A stretch of DNA of 124,000 nucleotides from NCBI RefSeq assembly GCF_000400465.1, contig NW_008806283.1:144001-268000 (forward strand), in the 5' to 3' direction. The notes under the pieces were generated by a model. That model was not told where the DNA came from, searched no databases, and saw nothing but the letters and a program-made list of their open reading frames with translations. The position numbers and the translations under genes were made by a program. This stretch comes from Wallemia ichthyophaga EXF-994. Its lineage: Eukaryota > Fungi > Basidiomycota. Of the stretch, positions 113,648 through 124,000 are shown one piece after another; position 1 is the stretch's first letter, and each line of letters opens with the position of its first letter.

Positions 113648-114325
113648 TTATCGAGTACAAGTAGATGTCGTGGTGGAGGGATCGCGTGTCATTCTGAGAT
113701 AAGGTTTTTTATAATCCAAATTCCCAAATGACTTTTCGGCGTCGTCGTTGGTGAGTGATGGGTGAACGATGACGCTATCGCCCTTGTTCCAATTAGCGGG
113801 GGTAGTGACGCGATAATTATCACCCAGCTGGAGACTGTCAATTGCCCTGAGTATCTCAGACCAGTTCCTGCCAGTGCTAGCCGGGTAGGTGAGCATCATT
113901 CTAATCGTCTGAGTGGGATCGATGACGAAGACTGAGCGCACTGTGAGTGGAGCACCGTGAGTGTCTACATTAGTAACATCTAGTTGGTCGAGCATATCGT
114001 ACAATCCCGCCACGTTTCTCTGCGCATCTGAGATTATCGGGAAGGGTACTTGTGTATCGTATAGCTCGTTTATGTCTCCAATCCAGCCGTGATGGGAGGC
114101 GAGGTCGTTGATGGACAAACCCAGCAATTTAACGCGTCTATCGGTGAACTCTGTGGCTATTTTAGACAAAGCACCTATTTCTGTCGTGCACACTGGCGTA
114201 TAATCGTCTGGATGGCTGAAGAGCATTGTCCAGCTGTTGCCGATGTACTCGTGCAGGTGGATACGTCCGTGGGTAGTGTCGGCTGTGAAATCGGGTGCTT
114301 TGCTGCCGAGATGGAGAGAAGGCAT
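113648..114325 (-). CDS. PRX1: 1-Cys peroxiredoxin (Prx6 family)
   Basis: LFSHPDDYTPVCTTE, TVRSVFVIDP, YPASTGRN, TPANW. Confidence 0.95.
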   Translation of the reverse strand: MPSLHLGSKAPDFTADTTHGRIHLHEYIGNSWTMLFSHPDDYTPVCTTEIGALSKIATEFTDRRVKLLGLSINDLASHHGWIGDINELYDTQVPFPIISDAQRNVAGLYDMLDQLDVTNVDTHGAPLTVRSVFVIDPTQTIRMMLTYPASTGRNWSEILRAIDSLQLGDNYRVTTPANWNKGDSVIVHPSLTNDDAEKSFGNLDYKKPYLRMTRDPSTTTSTCTR

Positions 114326-114374
114326 CGTGGTGGTTGTGGTTGTTGTGGTGGTGTCTTCTTACTCGGAAACGATC

Positions 114375-114986
114375 ATGATGCTGGGAGGATTGCGAGGATT
114401 GCGGGGAGTGGCTGGTCATGCTACACCTCCCGCGCGCAGCAGAGCGTTCATCACGCTCCCCGATTTCTCCAGCACTAGCCCGCCAGCGACATACACCGAG
114501 GAGAGGCTATTGCCGTATGCGCAGCGTGATTTATGGAGGATGGTGGCGGATGTTGGCAGGTACAGCAAGTTTGTGCCGCACTGCACGCATTCCCGTGTCT
114601 TGGGTAGCGGGGAGCGGGAGCGGGAGCGGGAGTGGAAGCAGAACCAGGAACAAGACGCAAAACTCAGCACCACCACCACCGTCGAAGCAGAACTGGGCGT
114701 CGGGTTCAAGGGTTTCGAAGAGAGGTACACGAGTGTAGTGACGCTGCAGCCGTTCCACACCGTCACCGCTAGAGCTAGCTCTCAGACACCGCTGTTCAAG
114801 TCGCTCGAAACGCGCTATCGATTCACGCAGCACTCGCATACACACACCCTCCTGGCTATTGAGCTCGAATACGCCTTCAGTAACCCCCTCTACGCGGCGC
114901 TGTCATCCACCTTCTTCGACGGCGTCAGCCACGCGATGGTGAATGCGTTCGAGGAGAGGGCGCGTGTGGTTTGTGGAAGGGTGTAG
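114375..114986 (+). CDS. COQ10: Coenzyme Q-binding START-domain protein Coq10
   Basis: Presequence; YTEERLLPY..RDLWRMVADV..YSKFVPHC; VGFKGFEERYTSVV; MVNAFEERAR. Confidence 0.9.
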   Translation: MMLGGLRGLRGVAGHATPPARSRAFITLPDFSSTSPPATYTEERLLPYAQRDLWRMVADVGRYSKFVPHCTHSRVLGSGEREREREWKQNQEQDAKLSTTTTVEAELGVGFKGFEERYTSVVTLQPFHTVTARASSQTPLFKSLETRYRFTQHSHTHTLLAIELEYAFSNPLYAALSSTFFDGVSHAMVNAFEERARVVCGRV

Positions 114987-115068
114987 TGTGAGAGTGGATA
115001 GGAGAGTCATGTAAACAATGTAATGCATGCCACGCACTCATATTCATATTCATACTCATACTCACAAT

Positions 115069-115123
115069 CCCTTCAAAATCCCTTCAAAATCCCTTCAAAA
115101 TGCCTTCAAAATGCCTTCAAAAT
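115069..115123. repeat. 11 bp tandem repeat (C/G)CCTTCAAAAT x5 overlapping the stop codon of the acyltransferase gene
   Basis: Read directly from sequence. Confidence 0.9.
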
Positions 115124-116884
115124 CCGCTCAAATTCATCAAGATATTCGCGCACACACTCATCACCCCACTGCACACCATCCTTACCAAGACTAACGGTAA
115201 GTTGGCCACCGAGGGAGAAAGTCTCTAGGAGGAGTTCGTTAGAGCGGCAGCGGACGCCAAGTAGGGCAGATCGTGAGGGAGATTGATCGAGCATGATGAC
115301 GCCATCTGTAGCCTGGTATAGCTGCTTAACATTCATAACACCCAGCATCGACGCGTTGATAGCAGTCCCTTTACCTCGCTGTGAATGCTGTGTCTCGTCA
115401 CCCTTCTCTTTCACCGCCTTCCACCCATCACCCCCCTGTGCAAAATGAGCAGCGCGGGAGAGCGCCATGGTGTGTGCATCTTGTAAAAGAGTTGGGGATG
115501 TGAGTAGATTGACAAACTGGGTTTGAGCGGTTTGCGCGCGGTGTGCGAAACGCCTTTTAAAGGTGGGTGAATCACTTGTGCACGGCGTAGACGGTAGCTG
115601 TATCCCACCGAAACCGAGCTGGACAGATACGTTGCTCGTCGTCGCTGTGCGTCTTTGTAGATAGGGCCGCAACGAGAAGGGGAAGCCTACGAGACATGTG
115701 TCGCCCGTGTGCTGCTGCTTGTGCCGGTGGTTCACATTCGCAATAGCCATCGAGGTCGCTGCAAAGAGGAGTGGTCCTGGTGTGTGTTAGCAGGTACATA
115801 GCACTCACACTGACAGGTGAGAGGTGAGACATGTAGCATTTCACGTTGGCCACAATCATTTGTCTTCACCATCAAATTTCTCCCTGCACCCACCTATCTT
115901 TACTGCACACGCCTTGGCGAAGCGCACCACGGCGTCCGTCTGCTCGCGTGAGAGGGAGAAGTGCATCCAATCGGTCAGAGCACCCCAGGGAGGCTGAAGA
116001 GATTGTTGCTGTTGAGGAGAGTATCCACCGACGAACTCAAGGGTAGTGAGTCGATCCAACTTGTCGCTCCGCACCTGACTCACCACCCGCCTAATAGCCC
116101 AGTACCATCTGAGGCGGGGGAGGGGAGTTGTGCGTTTGGGTGCGTAGTTAGGCAGCGGCGGATAGCCCACTTCCGTCGCATCAGGGAGGGCAGATAGAAT
116201 GTCTTCCTTTGTGACCTTGAGCGGGGTGAGATCGCCGACGGTGTGGATGTGGGGAGTGAAAGAGTGAAAATTTTCCAATGTCGGGAGGTCGGCGCGAACA
116301 TTGCACTCGTCGAGAAGATCACTCGTGAGGAGACGGAGGAAGTCGTGCATGAGGCTGACGACGGAGGTGCCGTCAGAGATAGAGTGTGCAGTTGCGATTA
116401 CGAGGTCTACGTTGTTAGTGAGGGTGTTGTGGAAGATAAACAACCTGGCGAGGTGAGCGTGGTCGAGGTAACGTCTAGGGCCGTTCCAGAGGTAGTTGCG
116501 CATCCAAGTATCAACGTCAACGTCATGTTGATAAATGAGGGAGTGAGAGGAGTGAATCAGGGTGGTAAGAGGATCGCTGGAGAGATTGTCTGTGTTTAAG
116601 ACGAAGTGCAAATTTTCACCTTCCTGCACAGTGAGACTTAGGGAAGGATGAAGCTGGTGAAGTTTTGACCAGGCGGGCAGAGCGTTAAATAGAATGTCAG
116701 GGTTTGATAAAGACATGGGTAATTTAAAGAAGATATCAGTTCTGCCTTGGTGGAGCGTCGACATTTTATGAAAGAACATTTCAACGAGACCGAGTTTGCG
116801 GTGGACAGTGCAATCGCTACGGGTGTCCCAGTGTAATTGAGAGTCTTGCAAATGGGCCAAAGTGAATAAATCCGACTTGTTCAT
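115106..116884 (-). CDS. CoA-dependent acyltransferase (HxxxDG; alcohol acetyltransferase/condensation-like fold), 2 exons
   Basis: RKLGLVE, AHSISDGTS motif, ASMLG, ETFSLGGQLTVSLGKD C-terminus. Confidence 0.65.
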
Positions 116885-116907
116885 TGTAAGTTATCAAGGT
116901 TACTTGA

Positions 116908-118143
116908 ATGCCTTCATCATCGAAACCCACCCAAGTCGACGAAGAGGACCAGCGCAGGCAGCAGAATAGACTGGCCCAGCGTGAGTTCAGGCAGAGGAAG
117001 CAGCGCGAGAAAGACGAACTCAAGGCGAGGATTGAGTTTCTAGAGAGAGACCCAGATCAGCAATCGCAGCTTATGACTAGAGTTGCAAGGGAATTATACG
117101 CTGAGAACAATAGACTTCGAGCACTGGTACACTCTCTTAGCTCGTTTGTTGGCACTGGCGCTGGCTCGAGTTTGCACGGGTTGGGGTTAACACCGGCCCA
117201 GATGGATAATTTACTCAGTTACTCACGCGTTGAACCCGAAGTGGATGTTGGATTTGAAATGTTTATGCAGAATAGGAGTAGGCGTGGTGGCAGAGGTGAT
117301 GAGAATGATATCGGTAATAAGAGGCCCAGGTACAGTCTGTCGAATGGCAGTGATAGTGCTAGTCCCGTTAGTCATGCTCAGCGGCAGGCGCAGCCAGAGA
117401 CACACACGAGCGCACAGGCACAGTCACCGGCACAGCCCCACCCATACGCCCTCAATCACCTTCTCAACGATAACCTCAGCACTAGCCATGCCTCCTCTAC
117501 GCCCACCCAACCCCGCACAGACTTCCAAAACGACTGTTTCGTAATGATGTCATCCGACGACCCCGAATTTAACGTCTCCACAAAGTTAAACGGGGAAGAG
117601 ACAACGCTGTACAACTTTGCAAGTAGTCTGAAACACTACTCGAGTAGCAAGATGGTACAGGCAGCCCAGCTGATAGAGTACAATCTCAACAACTTCCGTG
117701 CTGACCAGAGCTACCACCTTCCTCCGTCACTCAAGCCATCCCTCATCCAACGCACTGTGCCACACGATAGCCTGATTGATGGTATACCCTTTGCCAGTCT
117801 GCGCGATAAGCTTATACTCAACTCTGACAGTAGCAGCAGTAGCAGCAGTAGCCACGAGCACGCACAGGCTCATGCTAGCCATGCCAACCACACCACAGAC
117901 ACCTCCAAAACCTCTCAATCTAACCCTAAAGTAGACGTGCGGCGCGTTATACGCATGCTGCTCACTTCCACTACTATACACGGCGAGGACGTCCTCAACG
118001 CCGATAATTGGGAACTCGACGACCGATTTTATGCCGACTACTTCTTTCTCACTGACAAGCACATGCTCGATACGAGTAATAAGTGGAGAGAGAGGAGTCA
118101 CAGGCCATTACTGGCCGGTGGGGAGATGAACCATCTGTTTTGA
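116908..118143 (+). CDS. bZIP transcription factor with DUF3425-type C-terminal domain
   Basis: RRQQNRLAQREFRQRK; LKPSLIQRTVPHDSLIDGIPFASLRDKLI; WELDDRF. Confidence 0.85.
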   Translation: MPSSSKPTQVDEEDQRRQQNRLAQREFRQRKQREKDELKARIEFLERDPDQQSQLMTRVARELYAENNRLRALVHSLSSFVGTGAGSSLHGLGLTPAQMDNLLSYSRVEPEVDVGFEMFMQNRSRRGGRGDENDIGNKRPRYSLSNGSDSASPVSHAQRQAQPETHTSAQAQSPAQPHPYALNHLLNDNLSTSHASSTPTQPRTDFQNDCFVMMSSDDPEFNVSTKLNGEETTLYNFASSLKHYSSSKMVQAAQLIEYNLNNFRADQSYHLPPSLKPSLIQRTVPHDSLIDGIPFASLRDKLILNSDSSSSSSSSHEHAQAHASHANHTTDTSKTSQSNPKVDVRRVIRMLLTSTTIHGEDVLNADNWELDDRFYADYFFLTDKHMLDTSNKWRERSHRPLLAGGEMNHLF

Positions 118144-118253
118144 AGTGAGTGAGTGACTGTAGATGTAATATAAATAGTTGTAACGTGCATTCGAGTATAA
118201 TATATTACAGTGTGGTGTGTGTTTTGTGTGCCCTCTGGTATATATACACAAAC

Positions 118254-121037
118254 TCACTCGTCACGCGTCCTGAACACCTTCTCAACCGCGCCGTCGACGA
118301 CTCTGTATCCATTCGCCAGAAAAAGCTTCGAAGAGAGGAAGGGGGAGACATCGTACACCTCCACATCGTTTGCCTGGAGACAAGTTAGCGGAAATCACCA
118401 TACACACACCGACCCACCCTATTCTCAAGGTCCTTCAAAGGCACATGTACAGTCTCAGGATCGGTGAGGTGGTGTGCACGCCACGTTCTCACGCGCTCCT
118501 TGACTAGCTGACCCAGGAGGAAAGCAAGTAGTTCCTCTGAATCCTTAGCCTGGTGAACGTATTTGCGCAGGCCCTGTCAGAGGTAGTGAGCAAAAAGTGT
118601 GAAGAGTAAATAAAGCACAACGCACCCTCTCGAGTGTCTTTTTGACAGAAGTCTTCTGCGCACTAACGAAACTGCCGACAGTGACTTGAATAGCGAGATC
118701 GATATCGTCAGCGCGAACGAATTCACGTAGACTCATACGAGCAGCAGCCTCACTCATACGGATCATACTTTCTAAATGACGGACGGTGATGGGGAACGAA
118801 CCTGTAGCCAGACTCTCCCTGCGTAGGTCAGCGTATAACCTCGCCAGCTTGTCTTGATCAAGTTGGTGCAGTTTAGGCTTACACCTCTCGCGAGCGAACA
118901 TTATATACTTCTTCAAGACACCCTGATCAATAATCTCGGCATCCACACTTGTACCAACATCATTCTCGTCTACTTCCGCTTCGAAATCTGGGTGGGAGCG
119001 TAGATGAGAACCGACTACGAACTTGGCGAGCATCTCATCTACAATAGGGTCGACTGTGTCCTTTACCACGCAGAGCACATCAAAACGTGAGAGAATAGGT
119101 TCAGTGAGTTCCACATTCGCAGCAAAAGGTATAGTAGGGTTATAGCGACCGCGCAAGGGATTAGCTGCGGCGATAACGGCACAGCGTGCCTGTAGAGTAG
119201 TAACAATACCCGCCTTGCTAATACTGATGCTCTGCTGCTCCATTGCCTCATGGATAGAAGTACGATCAGCGTCGTTCATCTTGTCGAACTCATCGATAAG
119301 ACAGGTACCTTTATCGGCTAGTACCAACGCACCTCCCTCCAGTGTCCATTCACGCGTCATAGGATCCTTACGCACACTCGCAGTTAATCCCACAGCCGAC
119401 GCACCCTGTCCCGTTGTGAAAACGGCGCGATGTGCTGTCTTTTCAACATACTTGAGGAATTGCGATTTAGCTGTACCTGGATCACCTAGCAGAAGTACAT
119501 TAATGTCACCACGTATCCTATGCTTTCGGTTGACATCTTTGCTGACTCCTCCGAATAAACTTAAAGCTATAGCCGTCTTAATATCGTCATGACCGTATAT
119601 AGATGGCGCTATTGACTTGATGATTCGCTTGCGCACCCGCTCATCCCGCGCTAAATGACGAATTGCACGCTCATCTTCCTCGGTTAGTCTGAAGGCAGCA
119701 AACTCATCCTCCCGCTTGTTTACATAGTTAGCCTCAATTATCGTGCTAAATACTGGAAAACCATTCTTGGTGTTAAGGGAGGCGTCGAAATTGTTACGGT
119801 ATACCCCCGTCACTTCCACCTCCTCACCAGGTTTTGCATTGTCGATGAGGTCCCATAGGAGGATAACTTCACGGTGACGTGGGAGTCGGCCGGCTGGTAC
119901 ACTGCCCGGCGACTCCTGCAGAGTCATCTTTTGGTAGTTTCGGTAGACAGTCTGCTCACTGTTGACAACGAAAGGACCCTTGCTCTGGCAGTTGGAACAG
120001 AAGGAAATTTTTATCTCTTTGCTGCCATCCTGGTAGAAAGGACCAAGGGTGGTAGTGCATTTAGTGCAGTTGAAACGAACGTATTTGAGCTGAGGAAAGA
120101 CACCTGAACGACGAGTTACGACACCAGAGACACGAACGAGCTGGTTGAGGTCGGCTTGGCGGAGGTCTCGCAGGGTTTTGGCGGTAGGCAATTCAGTGAC
120201 GCGGACGTGGATTTCACTGTGTATACGCTCGTAGTCGGGGTAGTAGAGTAGGATAGCGTCGAGAGCGACGTCATCGAGGATTCTGAGGGTTTCGTGGGGT
120301 GCGTTGATGAGGAAGGAAGCGAGGATGGGCTTGTCTTGGAGGAGGTGGAGGTAGGAGATTTCGAGGGATTCAGAGTTCTGCTCACCGAGGGATTTGATAC
120401 GCTGGCCATAGACGGAGGAGCCGTGTTGATCAGTATAGGTCATGATGAAATTACGGAAATACTTGGCCACGCTGCGCCTGACGTTGTCAGCGTTGAGCCA
120501 TTCGTTAAGAGAAGCAGCTTTGACGTCGCCAAGATTCTCGAGAGGAATTTCATCGTCGTCGTTGTCGACGTCGTCGACATCAGGACGCTCATCGTAGTGG
120601 CGACGACGTCTTCTCTGTACGAGCAATCTGTTATCGGGATCGTCGTCATGGTCTGATTGCAAGAAAGCAGGAATTTTAGCGCGAGATTTGGGGTTGTGAA
120701 GACCAGCCTGTTTACGATCACGTCTCTCCAATTTAGCCTCAACAGCTCTGCGGGTGGAAGGATCTAACGCGTCAAAGTGGTCATCGTCGATCTGATCAGG
120801 ATCGTAGTAATCAAGGTTATTGTTGTTATTGTAATCGCCAGTCATATCATCGCCGAATAGATCTTCGCCGTCGTCGGGCTCGCCGAGCAAACCATCCACG
120901 TCGTCGTCGTCAACGTCACTGAAAGGATCTTGCGGCGGAGAGGAAGGCGGTGGGGGCGAAGACGGTGGAAGAGACGAGGCTATTGGAGATGATCTGACAT
121001 CGCCATTTGAAGATCTTCTACGCTTTTGAAGTGGCAT
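118254..121037 (-). CDS. MCM2: Replicative helicase subunit Mcm2
   Basis: NCTKC/CSNC zinc finger, LLGDPGTAKSQ, WTLEGGALVLAD, IDEFDKM, ITVRHLES; two 3' introns. Confidence 0.97.
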
Positions 121038-121242
121038 TAGATACGCGTGCAGATGGCGCGTTAAAGAGATTGATTGAGACCAAGTTGGAATGCAATTAAA
121101 TATTTTACAAAATAGGAGAATGTAAGGATTGATTGATTGTTATATTATTATTATCAATCGAATAAATTGTCTAATGAAATAAATAATTTTTATCAATCGA
121201 ATAAATTTTCAAATCGAGTCTTCTCCTTGCACACCAGCAACC

Positions 121243-122932
121243 ATGTCCCCAAGCCATATTCTGTTTGAGAGCAGTGCTGGTTATTTATTATTGAAATGCA
121301 ACGCAATTGACCAAGTTGCCAATAAGTCCAAGCAAGTCCAAGATCAAATCAACGACTACCATCACTTCTCAAAGATGGTCAACATTATCTCCATTTACCC
121401 TTTCACTGACGCTGCCGAGGCTTTAAACAACGCAAACGCCATCTCTGAAGGTGTGAATATTTTCATTCACTCCACGCCTCTAACTCTTTCTAGGTGAACT
121501 CACCGACCAGCTCAACTCATTCCTTCAACAAAACTTACAAGGCGGCAGCAAGTCTGGTGTTGTCTTGGCCGTCTCCGATAAAGCCTTAGCCACCTCCATC
121601 AAATCCCAATTGAAAATTGAAGGTGACGTCTCTGACTTGGCTTTGGAACTCATTAGAGGTGTGCGTATCCACGCTGAGAAGCTCATCGATGGTCTCTCTC
121701 AAGGCGACCTCCTCAGAGCTCAACTTGGTCTCGGTCACTCTTACTCGCGTGCAAAGGTCAAGTTTAACGTTAACAGATCTGATAACATGATTATTCAAGC
121801 CATTGCACTCGTCGATCAACTCGATAAAGATGTTAACACTTTCTCCATGAGAGCAAGAGAGTGGTATGGTTGGCACTTCCCCGAATTGGTTAAGATTGTC
121901 CCAGACAACCACCAATACGCTCTCTGTGCTAGGTTGATCGGTGATAAATCTACTCTCACCGAGGATCTCATTCCTCAACTTATGGAAATCATCGACGACG
122001 ATGAAACTCGCGCTAGAAACGTAATCGACGCTGCTAGATCTTCAATGGGTACTGATATTTCCCCAATCGATCTCATCAACATTAAAAACTTTGCTGATAG
122101 AGTCGTTGGTCTTTCTCAATATAGGAAGAACCTCCACGCTTACCTTCTCGAAAAAATGCACCTCGTAGCTCCAAACTTATCTGCACTCATAGGTGAATTC
122201 GTTGGTGCAAGACTCATCTCACACGCTGGTTCCCTTACAAACCTCTCCAAGTACCCTGCATCAACTGTCCAAATTCTCGGTGCAGAGAAAGCACTCTTTA
122301 GAGCACTTAAAACTAAAGGTAACACTCCAAAGTATGGTCTCCTTTACCACGCTTCTGCTATCGGTAGAGCTGCTCCAAAGAATAAGGGTAGAATTTCTAG
122401 ATTCCTCGCTAACAAAGTTACAATCGCTTCAAGAATTGATTGCTTCAGTGATGCTCCAACTACTAAATTCGGTGAAGCTCTCAAAAATCAAGTTGAAGAA
122501 AGATTACAATTCTACGAATCCGGTCAAGCTCCTTCAAAGAACACGGATGTCATGAAGAAAGCTCTCGATGCTATTGCTGCCGATATGGATCTCGAAGATG
122601 AAGAAGATAGCGATGATGAAAAGATGGATGAAGATGCCAAACCAAAGCAGTCAGAGGAAGATAAAAAGGCTGCTGAGAAAGCCGCAAAGAAAGCCGCCAA
122701 AGCTGCTAAAAAGGAAAACAAGGAGGACAACCTAGACCAAGACGATGCAGACGAAAAGAAGAAGGAAAAGAAAGATAAGAAGAAGAGAAAGTCTGAAGTT
122801 GCAGAAGAATCGACTGAAGCTCAAGAATCTCCAAAGAAAGAAAAGAAGGATAAAAAGCGCAAGAGTGAAGGTGGTGAAACCAAAGAGGAGAAAAAGGCAC
122901 GTAAGCGAGCCAGCAAAGGTGGAGCTGAGTAA
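121243..122932 (+). CDS. NOP56: Box C/D snoRNP protein Nop56
   Basis: [50 protein letters not shown]-rich tail; one intron. Confidence 0.93.
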
Positions 122933-123149
122933 ATTATCCTAGACTTTGTTTAACCTGTATTTTTATTCATTTCCATATTCACCTGACTTTTCAATCTTTT
123001 GTCATTTATCCAATGCTAATTCATTTATAGAAAATTGTACAAGAGAAGAGATGGCTAGAATAATAATTCTTCATGATAGGGGGAGTAGATATATATTAGA
123101 TTGTATATGCTGTAACCGTTAAAACGCGTCATCGTTAATAATAATATAT

Positions 123150-124000
123150 TTATTCAGCTGCGACAGCCGCAACTTTACCGAATGACTTTTCAACGCTATC
123201 AAAGATTGTTGCAAACTCTGGCGCCAAAGTAGAGAATTTCGCTTGATATGTCTTGAATTGCTGATTGGTGAATATGTTGAAGAATGTCAACAATAATCCC
123301 CATGGATGTGGCTTGGTAACAAGTAAGCGCTCAAGCAACACTCTTGTCAGTATTTCCACTACATTCTCGTTTACCCCGGCTGATTCTTCCAATATCTGCA
123401 AGCAAAGTTTATTGAACCAATACGTGTGAGACGATGGGTAGCGTAACTGGTTTGCAATACCACTGAGTATCAAGTAGCGAGCTATTTAACTTTGTTAGAT
123501 TTAAAATGGAGAAAAAAAACCTTCCGCTCACCCTCTGGATCAAGCTTGTTTACCAAAGTTTCGATCAATTTTACATTCGCACTACCGCCATCAAACTTGA
123601 CACTACCAATGTCCGCTTGTGAGCGAGTGATTGCATCGACACCAATAAATAGAACGAGTGAATTGATCACCGGGATCTTGTACTTCCACTCATCGCTCTC
123701 ATTCTCATTGCCAACCGACTCCAAAGTAATCTTCTGAATAATCTCACCAATAATAACTTCCTCATCTCCTCCATCAATATGCTTGTCCACCAAATTCTTT
123801 AAACCATTGTTGATAATGACTGACATGTAGTCTGAGGAGATGGTTGGATTGTTTTGACTTTCTGACATCACCTCAATGTCAATTGTTGGCAAGAATGGGT
123901 CTGGCAATGTGCTTGTGGCTGCATTTCTTGGATATGCACTAAGAATCAAATTGCGAAGCTGAGTGCAAGATGATGGTATAACATCAATCAAGCCGCCGTA
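123150..124000 (-). CDS. NOT1: CCR4-NOT scaffold Not1, 3' part (continues beyond window)
   Basis: CTQLRNLILSAYP, ANQLRYPSSHTYWF, LLERLLVTKPHPWGLLLTF. Confidence 0.93.

Overview
A very compact, intron-containing fungal chromosome segment with about 60 protein-coding genes, mostly ~45-55 nt GT-AG introns, and intergenic gaps often under 100 bp. Gene content and compaction fit a basidiomycete of the Wallemia type; this is an inference, as no search was run. Most of the window is housekeeping genes (e.g. KAR2, MCM2, NOP56, UTP12, LST8, GET3, SRP68, HEM2, MSH1, BEM1, CDC55, PCH2, NOT1). Several small spliced genes absent from the ORF track could be assembled by hand (SF3B5, FMC1, PET100, TMA7), as could an intron-containing tRNA-Gly(GCC) and a probable H/ACA snoRNA. 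I found no intact transposon, rRNA or CRISPR array. The most notable items are: (1) a CENP-L/Fta1-like inner-kinetochore gene whose diagnostic N-terminus lies on a missed exon and which carries a long charged tail; (2) an intronless secreted precursor made of two homologous Cys-rich domains separated by an acidic spacer and a Kex2-type site, resembling a killer-toxin layout, in a tRNA-flanked island; (3) three dispersed, decayed copies of an unidentified gene family; (4) two near-identical inverted repeat pairs flanking ~13 kb and ~9 kb blocks; (5) divergent gene pairs with only 23-50 nt between start codons; (6) an orphan protein built by tandem exon duplication. Gene boundaries outside the supplied ORFs were inferred by eye from splice signals and may be off by a few bases.
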